Shown: one piece after another, positions 9,665 through 19,783 of the stretch | Numbering within the stretch: the stretch's first letter is position 1 | Layout of the letters: every line of letters begins with the position of its first letter | Assembly (NCBI GenBank): GCA_965214835.1 | Contig: CBDCCK010000002.1 | Span: 1,376,001 to 1,440,000 of the forward strand | DNA from: Nitrosopumilaceae archaeon | Lineage (GTDB): Archaea; Thermoproteota; Nitrososphaeria; Nitrososphaerales; Nitrosopumilaceae | DNA length: 64,000 nt | Direction: 5' to 3' | Notes under the pieces: generated by a model | Told to the model about the DNA's origin: nothing | The model's input: the letters and a program-made list of their open reading frames with translations, nothing else | Database searches by the model: none | Translations under genes and position numbers: made by a program

Positions 9665-11199
9665 AGACTTTATGCGTAATCGACCGTGATTAAAAATTCC
9701 GTAGGCTTTTCCAAACGCAAATGCGCTGATCGGATCAAATTACCGCATGCATCTCGTGTCATGACGCACGTAAAAGCCAGTTGCGCCAAAAGAACGTGCG
9801 CAACCATGCAGCACGGCAATGTGCCCCGTTGACAAGTCAGAAAGAATGGCGGTCCGTACCGCCGTATGTCATGTGTCTGGCAGCAGATGCAGCTGCTGCA
9901 GCAGCTGGCCATAGTATTTTTTCCTTTTCAACATCGTCTTGAGGTTCTCAAGACCCGTGATTATCTGCATGAAATAATTGAGATCCTTGGCAGTTCCGCC
10001 AAACGGCATGGTAAGAATGCCATATCTTTTGAGCCGCCCTATGTGGTGCTCCACCCTGACGCGAACCCTGCTTATCTGCTTGCGGCGCCTCTTTTGCGTT
10101 GCAGTAAGATCCCCGTCCCTGGGCTTCTTTGGGGGCTGCCTGTGTATGGCGCCCGGAAGCATCTTTTGAATGCCCTCAAATCCCAGGTCGCTGTAAATCA
10201 CAAACGCCTCTTCCGGATCGTCTGCGTTTTTTGCATTCCTCATTGATCCGGTGTGCCTTCCAAAGTCCGGGCCGCCCCCTGCGTTCATCACGCCCTTGTC
10301 GTTGACGCTTCCGTCCACAGTCTTGCCGCAGTGCAGTATGAGGCCGTCCAGGTTCGAGGTAATTATCGTGTTGAACATGTGCCGCTTTTTTCTTCCCGAA
10401 TATCTGGTCTTTCTTGCGGTCCTGTCCCCGGGCCTGTCTACCGGAGTCAGGGTGCCGTCAATCAGGAGCGTCTTTTTTGGGATCAGCACCTCCTCCAGCT
10501 TGCCTGCCGGGGTCTTGCAGATGATGCTTGTTAGCTTTTCGGAGGCAGGCAGGAGCCGGCGCAGTAACACGGCACCGTACCGGAGGTACCTGGACATTGT
10601 GGACTGGTCGACGTCAAACGTTGCGGCCAGATGATGTTGCGTTGCCTTGGTCCTTATGCTCATGAGTACTGCAAGCAGCGCGTGCCTGATGTACAGCTTG
10701 CACCGGTTTCCGGCATCGCCGCCTCTTACGTCGTCCTCCCAGAACAGGGGTCTGTCCTCGTCGTCCATGACTTCTTCCGTAAAGCGCTCCAGTATGATCG
10801 TAAATGACTCCTTTGTGCATCCCGTGACGTTGCGAAGGCGCACCGGATCGCCGATTATGCCGTCTGCAACCTCGATTGCGTGCATCCGCAGAGGCGTCCC
10901 GCCGCGCACGACTCTTTTTGTCTTGTTTTCTTCGGACTGCCACAGTGAGTCCTCAAACGCAAGCTGCTTCCTCATACGCTCGTTTTGCTTGGACATCTGT
11001 TTGTTTTGCTTGGATACCTGCTCGTGTTGCTCGACTAGCATCTCGTGTTGCGCTTGTAACGCTTGAAATGCTTGGAGAGTCTTGTCATTTGAGCCCATAC
11101 AGTTAGGGAATCATACAGATCTTTAGGGTTGTTGGTGTGCAAATAATGATCTATTGTGTCGTATTTTTAGATCAGATGGGCCGATTACGCATAAAGTCT
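9665..11199 (-). mobile_element. IS5-family (ISL2/PIF-like) insertion sequence
   Basis: Perfect 18-bp terminal IR AGACTTTATGCGTAATCG; 3-bp TSD ACT at 9662-9664 and 11200-11202. Confidence 0.92.
9869..11098 (-). CDS. DDE transposase (DDE_Tnp_4-like with HTH)
   Basis: LLIDGT, YSGRKKRH, SDLGFEG and RVRVEHHIGRLK motifs. Confidence 0.92.
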   Translation of the reverse strand: MGSNDKTLQAFQALQAQHEMLVEQHEQVSKQNKQMSKQNERMRKQLAFEDSLWQSEENKTKRVVRGGTPLRMHAIEVADGIIGDPVRLRNVTGCTKESFTIILERFTEEVMDDEDRPLFWEDDVRGGDAGNRCKLYIRHALLAVLMSIRTKATQHHLAATFDVDQSTMSRYLRYGAVLLRRLLPASEKLTSIICKTPAGKLEEVLIPKKTLLIDGTLTPVDRPGDRTARKTRYSGRKKRHMFNTIITSNLDGLILHCGKTVDGSVNDKGVMNAGGGPDFGRHTGSMRNAKNADDPEEAFVIYSDLGFEGIQKMLPGAIHRQPPKKPRDGDLTATQKRRRKQISRVRVRVEHHIGRLKRYGILTMPFGGTAKDLNYFMQIITGLENLKTMLKRKKYYGQLLQQLHLLPDT

Positions 11200-12451
11200 A
11201 CTGGCAAAAAGTCAATCATCGGATATGTGGGAGCAAATGATCTGATTGCAATTGCCAAAGACAACAAAGAGATGTTGTTCCTAGAGAACCCGAGACAGAC
11301 GCTTGGAAAAAGTGCTCCGACTCACAAGGCCATACTCAACACCCTAAGTGATCCGGACATGAGAAAGAAGTTTTGGAAGCTAAACAACGGCATTACAACC
11401 ACTTGTACGGGTTATAGCTCTACAGATGACCAGTCCGCATACAGCATAGAAAACTTCAAGGTTGTAAACGGAAGGCAGACACTGTACACACTAGAGAATT
11501 CCACAAAACCGATAGACGACGTGTTTCTGTTGGTTAGCATACATGAAACGGTAGACGCCAAGGAACGCAACCAAATCAGCGAGGCCACAAACACCCAAAA
11601 CCCAATAAAACCAGCAGATCTGGTAACGAACTATCCGGAGATGACAGATCTTGTATTGCAGTGCAGGGAGAACTTCAATGACTTTTACTTTGAGAGGCAA
11701 ACAAAAGGCTTTGCGGCTGCAACAAAATCCACGCAAAACCGCGTTACAAAAAGACGCGTTATGGAGAAAAGCTCCGTTGCAAGGGCATACTATGCGTATG
11801 CGATAGATCCCAACGAGGCGATGATGCCTGACAAGATTCTGTTTTCTGTAACAAGCGATGCCAACTACTATGACAGGATCTTCAAAGACAGGGACATCAG
11901 GGAGTTGATAATACCCCACATATTCTTGAAGATGCTAAGTGAGCTGCATAAAAAGTGGTGCCGCGAACTAAAGGACGACCAGTCAGACAGGATATCAAGG
12001 AACAAGGGAATCATCAGCAAGGACATTGTAAAATACTATATCCTGAGGTTCGTTCACGAATCCATGCTGGATATTGACGAATCGACTAGGCAGTCAGTCA
12101 AGGACAGGCTGATTGAGGAGTTCAGAGGGTTGGAAAAGAGCGATAAGAATCCAGAGATTCTTGAAGGCGTTGCACAACAGGCCTATAACGCATTCATGAC
12201 CAGTTTTGATATGGCCATGGACAAGACATGGCCGCCTGAGCTGCTTGAGAAGGTAAACAGTGACAAGTACAAGAAAGACGAGCGTGACGTACCAAGCCCG
12301 TATGAGATAATGGATGCGTTAAAGCGAAATGGCGAACGGTTGCTTCCGCACCTGCTGCGCATGAGGGAGCATGCAATAAGCCAAGTGGGCGACAAGGTTC
12401 AAGAAGAGCTTCTCAGACTTGTTGAGTAATTTGCCAATCAATCCTGTAAAC

Positions 12452-12543
12452 GTGTGAGGCCACTTCTTCTTACCGGATAGGTGCAGAAATCACAACTCCA
12501 TGCAAACCCATGCATGGTTGGTTAAGGGTGGGCGACCTCACAC
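12452..12543. mobile_element. 92-bp MITE with 8-bp target duplication
   Basis: Ends GTGTGAGG.../...CCTCACAC; TSD CTGTAAAC at 12444-12451 and 12544-12551. Confidence 0.8.
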
Positions 12544-12674
12544 CTGTAAACTTTTAGGCCTTTCAAGAATCCCACCTTGATCATGTTACATATCTTCTTG
12601 GACAGCACAGTAAGTATCCGGCTCGTTAGAGATTTTTAAGCTGATTTAATAGCTGGCAGTTGGACTTCTGACAT

Positions 12675-13541
12675 ATGACAAGCTACTTTGTTCTGGTAGA
12701 TAGACGTGACTCTGAAAAATTTCGGCGATTTCAGATGGCACAGTTTACCGAAAATACCAAAAAAATTCTAAATGAACACGATGCTGCATATATCTGGGGA
12801 TTTCATGAAACACAAGTCAGAGATACACTCTGGAAGAGAATCATGCAAGACGATCTCGTATGTTTCACGGTTCCAACAAGCAGCTTTAGGGTAATAGGAC
12901 GCGTCTACAAAAAATTTACAGACAACAATACTGGAAAGCAGATGTGGCCAGATGATCTTCGCGCTCAACAGTTCACGTATTTTTTACTCTTTGACAAGCT
13001 ACAAAAGACTTCACTGCGATATAATGAGGTCACAGATAATGCAATGCCGAAGCTTATCGGGCCATTGACTGGAATATACCAAATTAAAAAAGAGTTTCAA
13101 AATGTTCTAAAAATCCAGATGGGTGAAGCTATTCACAGAACCTCAGCAAAACCTAAAACATTCGTAAATCCCAAGATCCCACAAAAAAGCAAATATGAGG
13201 TAAACAGGTTTCTCCGTAATCCAACAATCGTGAAAAAACTAAAAGAAATTTACCAAAATAGATGCCAGGTATGCGGATTTGGCTTCGAGTATGAAAAAGG
13301 CAAGTTTTACTCCGAGGTTCACCACTACAATCCCTTGGAAGAAAATGGCAACGATGGCATGGATAATATGATAGTAGTATGTCCAAACCACCATGCCCAG
13401 TTTGACTATAAGATGATTGCAATTTCATTGGATGAAAGTAGCATTGTAGATAAGAAGGGAACCAAAATAGGCGAGATACACTTTAAGCAAAACCACAAAC
13501 TAAGCAAACAAAATCTTGCAAGCCAACTAAGGATGGAATAA
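12675..13541 (+). CDS. HNH endonuclease with N-terminal EVE/PUA-like putative reader domain
   Basis: CQVCG...EVHH..PL....D...N...VCPNHH..FD; N-terminal WG..W..I...D.V.F pattern. Confidence 0.8.
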   Translation: MTSYFVLVDRRDSEKFRRFQMAQFTENTKKILNEHDAAYIWGFHETQVRDTLWKRIMQDDLVCFTVPTSSFRVIGRVYKKFTDNNTGKQMWPDDLRAQQFTYFLLFDKLQKTSLRYNEVTDNAMPKLIGPLTGIYQIKKEFQNVLKIQMGEAIHRTSAKPKTFVNPKIPQKSKYEVNRFLRNPTIVKKLKEIYQNRCQVCGFGFEYEKGKFYSEVHHYNPLEENGNDGMDNMIVVCPNHHAQFDYKMIAISLDESSIVDKKGTKIGEIHFKQNHKLSKQNLASQLRME

Positions 13542-14642
13542 ACCATGTTGTTTGAAGAGCTGGACATAAAATCATTTTATGATTCTAGAAAGACGGATGT
13601 GTATAATGAATTCTTTAATGCAGTCCTTCCACATTCGAAATACTATAGGAGATTCGGCGGTGTTTTTTCTGCAAAAAGGTTTGCATTAATGGCCGAAGGA
13701 TTACAGGATTTTATCAAGGAAAACAACGGAACTATGGAGCTTGTCATAATACCAATGTTTTCTGAGGAGGACAGGCATGCAATCATGCGCGGTATTGATG
13801 TTCACGACATCATTGCAAAAAACTGGATCAATGATCTTTCAAAAATCAAAGAGAAGTTTCTGGAGGATCATAAAAAAGCATTATCTTGGATGATTGCGAA
13901 TGAATTTCTTACCATAAAATTGATTCTGCCAGAACATGATGATGGAACTATATTTTCCGAGTCGGAAATAAAAGATCAGGCAATATTTAGAAAAGAGATT
14001 GGTATATTGTATAACAAAGACGATGACAGGCCAATCTCTTTTCATGGAACCATAGATAGGGAAGACTCCCAGGTGGGTGAGCTTTACTCAATAGACGTAG
14101 CTAGACACTGGGTTGAAAGTGAGAACGAACAAATTGATTCAGATCATGAGGAATTCACAAACTTTTGGAGCAATGAATCACACCAGCTTGGCTCGATAAA
14201 GTACAAAGTTGTGCCACTATCAAAAAAACTAAACTCGTATTTCAGGCAGATCTCCCCTAAAACCAAGTCCGATATACCTCAACTGAGAAAGCTTCCTGTT
14301 CTAAGAGACTATCAAGAGCAGGCAGCAAAGACGTGGATGAATAGCTCTGGAAAAGGCATTCTTGAGATGGCAACTGGGACGGGCAAGACATTTACTGCAA
14401 TCGAATGTATTAACAAGATAGCAGCCAAAGACGATAAAGCTCTTGTTGTAATCACGGTTCCCTATAGAAATCTTGCAGATCAATGGAAAAAGGAACTATC
14501 CAAATGGGGCATAACATCAACCATTCTTGAATCTAGATCATGGAAGCAGATACTACGTGACGAGGTTTCATACATCAACAAATGATCTGGACCCCGTATT
14601 TTCGAACCACTTTTTGGGCGTTTTTGCGTAGCTCTGGCATCA

Positions 14643-15479
14643 TCATTTGCCTGCCTCCCTTTGGTGCCGTACGACGAACTCCATCGGAGTGAGATATCCA
14701 AGTGAGGAGTGTATTCTGTCATGGTTATAGTCCCTAAATGCCTCCCTTATGACGTCTGAGGCGTCCTGGAAGGAGTCAAATTCATGGGGCCACAGGTATT
14801 CCCTCTTGATGCTTCCGTGAAACGACTCTATGTGGCCGTTTTGTTCTGGCGTCCTGTATGCTATGAGCTCGTGTCTTATTCCCAGCTGTTTCAGGGACTC
14901 CCTGAACATGCGCGACGTATACTGAGAACCGTTGTCTGTCCGCAGGGTCAGCATGCTGCAGTCCGGATCTGCTGCCGATACCGCATCGAGTACGGCCTGA
15001 ACCGCATTCTCCTTTTGCGCCGTGGTATCAAAGGAGTATGCAAGCCACCTGCGCGAAAAGGCATCAAGTACGTTGAAACAGTAGCACCAGCCGTCCCCGC
15101 CGCAGTCCACGTATGTGATGTCTGCCTGCCACAGCCGGTTGGGGGCATCTGGCCTTGTAAGCTTGCGCGAGGCCCGTATTATGTCGTTTTTGGTCTTTTT
15201 GGGCTCGATCCAGCCTATCTGGCGGTAGATTCGCTGTATCTTTTTGCGGTTTACGCGCACGCCAGTCTCGCGCAATATCTGGTTTGCCATCCTCCGGGTT
15301 CCGTACGTCGGCCTTTTCTTGCCTATGGTACGTATGATTGAGACCGTCCCGGGGTCGGCTTTTCTGGCTCGTCTGTCGGCGTCCTTCCTGGCGTAATACC
15401 AGGTGCCCTTTGAGACGCCGCAGTATTCCAGGGCTGTATTGAGGCTCATCTTCTGGTGGCAGATCTGTACGGCATTCAT
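14643..15479 (-). CDS. IS3 transposase OrfB (integrase core)
   Basis: WQADITY, TDNGSQY, PEQNGHIESFH, YN..RIHSSLGY motifs. Confidence 0.93.
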   Translation of the reverse strand: MNAVQICHQKMSLNTALEYCGVSKGTWYYARKDADRRARKADPGTVSIIRTIGKKRPTYGTRRMANQILRETGVRVNRKKIQRIYRQIGWIEPKKTKNDIIRASRKLTRPDAPNRLWQADITYVDCGGDGWCYCFNVLDAFSRRWLAYSFDTTAQKENAVQAVLDAVSAADPDCSMLTLRTDNGSQYTSRMFRESLKQLGIRHELIAYRTPEQNGHIESFHGSIKREYLWPHEFDSFQDASDVIREAFRDYNHDRIHSSLGYLTPMEFVVRHQREAGK

Positions 15480-15763
15480 CCTTTGCTCAGCTCCATTGTT
15501 TTTTTTAAAGCGTCACAGGCCACTGCATACTCGCCTATGATGCGTTTGAGATTCTGGTTCTCCTTTTGCAGGGCAGCCGCTGCCTTGTCATTCCGGCCCA
15601 GGATGGATGCCTTGCCGCCCTCGACGAACCTGTCCATCCACCTGCCAAACGTGGTGGGCGCGATGTTGTGCTTGCGGCACAGCTCGGCAGTGCTGATGCT
15701 GGTCTTGATGGACTCCATCACTATGTCTGTTTTTTCGGCCAATGTGAACTTTTGTTTTTTCAT
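15476..15763 (-). CDS. IS3 transposase OrfA (HTH)
   Basis: KFT.AEK..IV...AELCRKHNI...W; ATGA overlap with orfB and an A8 run near the end. Confidence 0.9.
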   Translation of the reverse strand: MKKQKFTLAEKTDIVMESIKTSISTAELCRKHNIAPTTFGRWMDRFVEGGKASILGRNDKAAAALQKENQNLKRIIGEYAVACDALKKTMELSKG

Positions 15764-16954
15764 GCCCCGTATGCCCTCCTGTCACATACAAATTCTACGC
15801 ATTTGGGTGGTTCGAATTTTATGGGGTCCTCACCACAAATTTGAAGGTGAAAAAATATCTGTGGCTATTGTTTCACATGATTTATTTTCAAATGATTACT
15901 TTGTCAAACAGATAAAACGTTGTAAGATTACTACAATGCTGGTTGCAGATGAAGCACACCACTTGGGCACCGCCATCGCGCGTAATGGGCTTCTAGAGGA
16001 CTATGTCTACAGGTTAGCGCTTTCGGCCACAATTGAGAGATATTTTGATCAGGACGGAACGGATTTTCTGCGTGAATACTTTAAGGGATCGACTGGAGTG
16101 TCAAGTGTTGCGTCTTACCCACTTGAAAAAGCAATAAAGGAAGACAAGTTGTGTGGATACAACTACTATCCGTTTTTCACAGATTTGACAGAAGATGAAT
16201 ACCATGAATACAGGTCTATCACACATAAAGCAGCTAGGTTGTTAAGTTCAACCGATTTTGAAAAACGGAAGAAGGGCGAGGGGCTCATCAAGATGCGTGC
16301 AAAAATCATAAGAGATGCAACCAACAAGCCCGCAGTTCTTGAGAAAATATTAGCGCAGATGCCTAAAATTAAACATCTACTGATATTCTGTTCTGAGAAA
16401 CAGTACGATACTGTCGAGAAAATCCTGAGCAATTCATCAAAACACAGGAAGGATAACAGAACAACCATGTTCAGGAAAATTACTTATGACAATCCAAAAC
16501 TAAAAAAAGACAGAGTGAAAATTCTTGATGGTTTTGCTAATGAAGACTGGGATGTATTGCTATCTAACCGCGTGTTAGATGAAGGGATGGACATTCCACA
16601 AGCGCGAAGCTGTATTGTCATGGCATCTACTGGAAACCCAACCCAATTTATTCAAAGGCGTGGCCGCGTGTTACGCCCATACAGCGAGCCATACTTGGAT
16701 GGAAGCAGAAAAACACATGCAGACATTTATGACATATTGATCAAACCGCAAATTGACAAGTTTGCCGATCGGGATTCAATCCGGCTTGAGATCAGCATGA
16801 TTCGGAATCAGTTCTCAAGAATAAAAAACATGAGTGAGCTTGCCCTGAATAAGCCACACTGTATGAACGAGATTAAAAAATTTACCTACGGGCTGCCGGC
16901 AGAGTGTTTTTCAGCTACTAATAAATAACTACAACCATTCACGTGTGACACAGC

Positions 16955-17185
16955 ATGGCAAAGATTAATCCGCACATTCTAAATACATTAAAAGAATACC
17001 TCGATGAACATCCTGACATTCCAAGCGAAATGGGTGAGTTGGTTAAAAGGCTGTTAGAAATTGAAAGTACTGTTAGAAGTTATGCAGAAACAGGCGGTAT
17101 TGACAAACTATATGATCAACTGCTAGAAAAGTTTGTAGACAATCAAGATTTTGTAGTATGGTGTAAAAATTATGTCAAGCGATAA
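16955..17185 (+). CDS. pbeB: PbeB-like small helical protein
   Basis: 76 aa, lies between the helicase and the SMC-like ATPase and overlaps the next gene. Confidence 0.6.
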   Translation: MAKINPHILNTLKEYLDEHPDIPSEMGELVKRLLEIESTVRSYAETGGIDKLYDQLLEKFVDNQDFVVWCKNYVKR

Positions 17186-19271
17186 AGAACAACTATTCAT
17201 AAAAGAAATACAAATTTCCAACTGTGGGAGATATTACGGTGACGGACACACGATTTTATTTTCCAACTCGCCGGGCAAAAACATCAACATAATAATTGGT
17301 TGGAGCGGCAGAGGAAAATCCACAATTTTTGATCTAATTTATTGGTGTTTTTATGGTGAATTTAGAAACAGCAAAGAAGAGCAGAGCACAACAGATTATG
17401 GGCTTGTTAATGACGACGCTTTGAGTAATCTTCCAAAAGGAAAAAGCGTTACAGCTTCTGTCGTGATCTCATTGCATGACAAGCGTGGTGAAAAATATCG
17501 TCTTACCAGAGAAGTCAAAGCAGTCTGCAACAGAGAATCTGGATCCACCAAATTCGAACAGCTAAACAACTCTCGTGTGTCTGACGGAATTGATTTTGAT
17601 ACATCTGCCAAGCTAGTGTTCAAAAATGATCATGGAGATATGCAAATAGAGGATAATCCAAGCACTATTGAAAATAAGATCAGTCAATATTTCCCAAAAC
17701 ACCTGTCCGACTTCTTCCTGTTCGATGGAGAAGATCTGATTAAATTTAGAACCCAAGGACATGCATCTGAATTGATAAAAAATGGAATTACGAAGATATC
17801 AGGTCTTGGTTTGGTAAGCTATCTGATTAAAAACTCAAGCAAAACTGCAGATAACATTCAAAGATCTTATGGCGGCAAAAGCGCACAAGCTGCACCGCAT
17901 CAGGCAGAAGTCGATCGATTGAAAGGAGAAATTAATGACATTAACGAAAAAATAAGAATGAATACTAAGGAGCTTGACAAGCAAACTGTCTTCAAAGACA
18001 AAATCATTGCGTCTATTGCTAAAAGCGAATCTAGCCAGAAATTAGCAAAGGAGAAAAAAAAGAATGAGGCTTCCATAAAACATACAAAGCAAAATATCCG
18101 AGATATAAATCAGGAATTCAAGGAATTTCTCTTTGAGAATATTCCATATGTTCTCCTAAGGGACACACTAAAAAATGCTGAAGATATCTTTGCCCAACTG
18201 GAACGTGAGGATAAGATACCACCATCAATTTCTAGCAGTGCGATTGATAAAATCCTAAACTCTGATCCATTACGATGCGTATGTGGGAGAGAATTTGAGA
18301 AAAAAGACGCAGAGGGTGAACCATGGAGAATATTAAACCAAATGAAAGATACGATCATAGCGGATGACTTGTCACAAGCAATTTCGTTGGGGCGCAACTT
18401 GCTAAGCCAGATAATGGACAATACAGAAAACCAAAAACTAAAAACTAAATTTAGCAAGCATATAGAAAAAAGGAGGCAGGTGAGAGACGAGCTAAACCTA
18501 CTAAAGGAAAAGGATGAAAACTTGGAGCTAAAGATCAAAGAAACTGCAATCATGGAGGGCGGTGACGACCTCATAACTAGAAAGAAGGAATATACTGACA
18601 AAATAGACAAACTGCATGCAGAAATTGTGTTAGATAAAGATAAGCGCGATAATTTAATTGAAGATTTAGATGTTAGCGAACAAAAGCTCCAAAATGCCAT
18701 GGAAAAAGCAGGCAAGTATGATAAGGAGTTAAACAAGATTTCTCTAGGTAAGGCAGTAAGTAAATTTGCCCAACAATTAGAAAAAAGAATTGAAGAGATT
18801 TTGAGAGAAAAGACAGAGCAAGCAACTAGCAAATACTTCCTTGAAAGCGCCCCAGAAAAAGAGACGTTTGATCATGTGGAGATATCACCTAATTATGACA
18901 TTACGGTTAAAGATGAAAAAAACAAAATCCCCTTGCTCTCAAAGGGTCAAGCACACGTACTTGGATTATCATATGTCGCAGGAATCAGAGAAGTTACAAG
19001 CACTAGCACATTTTTAGTTATTGATTCACCACTTCATAACATTTCAGGCTATGCAAGAAATGACATAGCTATGGCATATTCACAGTACCTACCTGGCGTT
19101 CAAATAATTCTGTTAGTTACTGACACAGAATACCTACAAGGTGATTCCAAGGGGGCAGAACCAGTACAAAAAATCTTGCGGAACAAAGGCAATATCGGGC
19201 AAGAGTATGAGATTCAAAAAATCACCACAGAAAATGGAATAGATAGCAGGAAAGTAACGGTGCAAGGATAA
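17172..19271 (+). CDS. pbeC: PbeC-like SMC/DndD-type ATPase with zinc hook
   Basis: GWSGRGKST, FLFDGE, CVCG hook, LSKGQ, VIDSPL. Confidence 0.8.
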   Translation: MSSDKEQLFIKEIQISNCGRYYGDGHTILFSNSPGKNINIIIGWSGRGKSTIFDLIYWCFYGEFRNSKEEQSTTDYGLVNDDALSNLPKGKSVTASVVISLHDKRGEKYRLTREVKAVCNRESGSTKFEQLNNSRVSDGIDFDTSAKLVFKNDHGDMQIEDNPSTIENKISQYFPKHLSDFFLFDGEDLIKFRTQGHASELIKNGITKISGLGLVSYLIKNSSKTADNIQRSYGGKSAQAAPHQAEVDRLKGEINDINEKIRMNTKELDKQTVFKDKIIASIAKSESSQKLAKEKKKNEASIKHTKQNIRDINQEFKEFLFENIPYVLLRDTLKNAEDIFAQLEREDKIPPSISSSAIDKILNSDPLRCVCGREFEKKDAEGEPWRILNQMKDTIIADDLSQAISLGRNLLSQIMDNTENQKLKTKFSKHIEKRRQVRDELNLLKEKDENLELKIKETAIMEGGDDLITRKKEYTDKIDKLHAEIVLDKDKRDNLIEDLDVSEQKLQNAMEKAGKYDKELNKISLGKAVSKFAQQLEKRIEEILREKTEQATSKYFLESAPEKETFDHVEISPNYDITVKDEKNKIPLLSKGQAHVLGLSYVAGIREVTSTSTFLVIDSPLHNISGYARNDIAMAYSQYLPGVQIILLVTDTEYLQGDSKGAEPVQKILRNKGNIGQEYEIQKITTENGIDSRKVTVQG

Positions 19272-19783
19272 TGTCAGAAGCAACATCACGGAAAAAAATC
19301 GACTTGTCTGCAAGGAAGATTTCTGCAGGGTGGCCCAAGGTTGGATATGACGGCAACGAGAACAACAAGGCCCTTCAGTTCTATGCAAGAAAATCCGGAA
19401 AGACAAAAGAGAGGAGATCCATGTTTGTCGGCAAGAAACTAGCTGACATCTTTATCTATGCCATGGCGTTAGGCAAACATGCAGGACTGAAAGAAGATTA
19501 TGGAAAACAGGGCGACAGACGAGATTCTATAGACATGGAATACATTGCAATTCATCCCGAATACCTGTGGATGATGTTATCTGTAGCATTAGAGGAGGCG
19601 AAGAATAACGGAGAAAATCCATTGGAAATATTTGATGATCCAAGAAATAAGATAATAGGTGTGTGCGAACAGTATGCAAACTACGGTATCAAGTTGCTAA
19701 TATCTATGGATGAGGGTGCAAGCACAGCAGATCCATACAAGGACTACGAGGAAAAGCTCGAAGAATTACTAGAGAATAATTGA
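19271..19783 (+). CDS. pbeD: PbeD-like (DndE-related) protein
   Basis: DIFIYAMALG...CEQYANYGI pattern; position after the ATPase. Confidence 0.65.
   Translation: MSEATSRKKIDLSARKISAGWPKVGYDGNENNKALQFYARKSGKTKERRSMFVGKKLADIFIYAMALGKHAGLKEDYGKQGDRRDSIDMEYIAIHPEYLWMMLSVALEEAKNNGENPLEIFDDPRNKIIGVCEQYANYGIKLLISMDEGASTADPYKDYEEKLEELLENN

Larger units (their letters stand above)
9035..12429 (+). pseudogene. AIPR family protein (about 618 aa when rejoined), split by an IS at 9665-11199
   Basis: Removing the IS and one ACT copy restores ...IDETT|GKKSIIG...; FWKLNNGIT, VVNGRQT and TNTQNPI motifs; colinear with paralog 40777-42624. Confidence 0.9.
14583..15835 (-). mobile_element. IS3-family insertion sequence
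   Basis: TG...CA ends, imperfect 28/29-bp IR (ggacccc..cgaaccac), 4-bp TSD CAAA at 14579-14582 and 15836-15839. Confidence 0.92.
13545..16928 (+). pseudogene. pbeA: PbeA-like SF2 (DEAH) helicase with degenerate PLD-like N-terminus (about 708 aa rejoined), split by IS3
   Basis: LRDYQ, MATGTGKT, ADEAHH, LSAT, LDEGMDIP, QRRGRVLR; rejoins in frame as YINK|FEGEK. Confidence 0.8.

Noticed and set aside
11137-11202. N-terminus of the 430-aa ORF as an independent gene start
   Set aside because: It lies in the IS end; the ORF is the distal part of the split AIPR
15456-15835. N-terminal part of the 490-aa ORF
   Set aside because: It is antisense IS3 sequence; the real helicase resumes at 15840
17172-19271. 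A second dndD or rad50
   Set aside because: Context (helicase, small gene, DndE-like gene; no mre11) fits PbeC better
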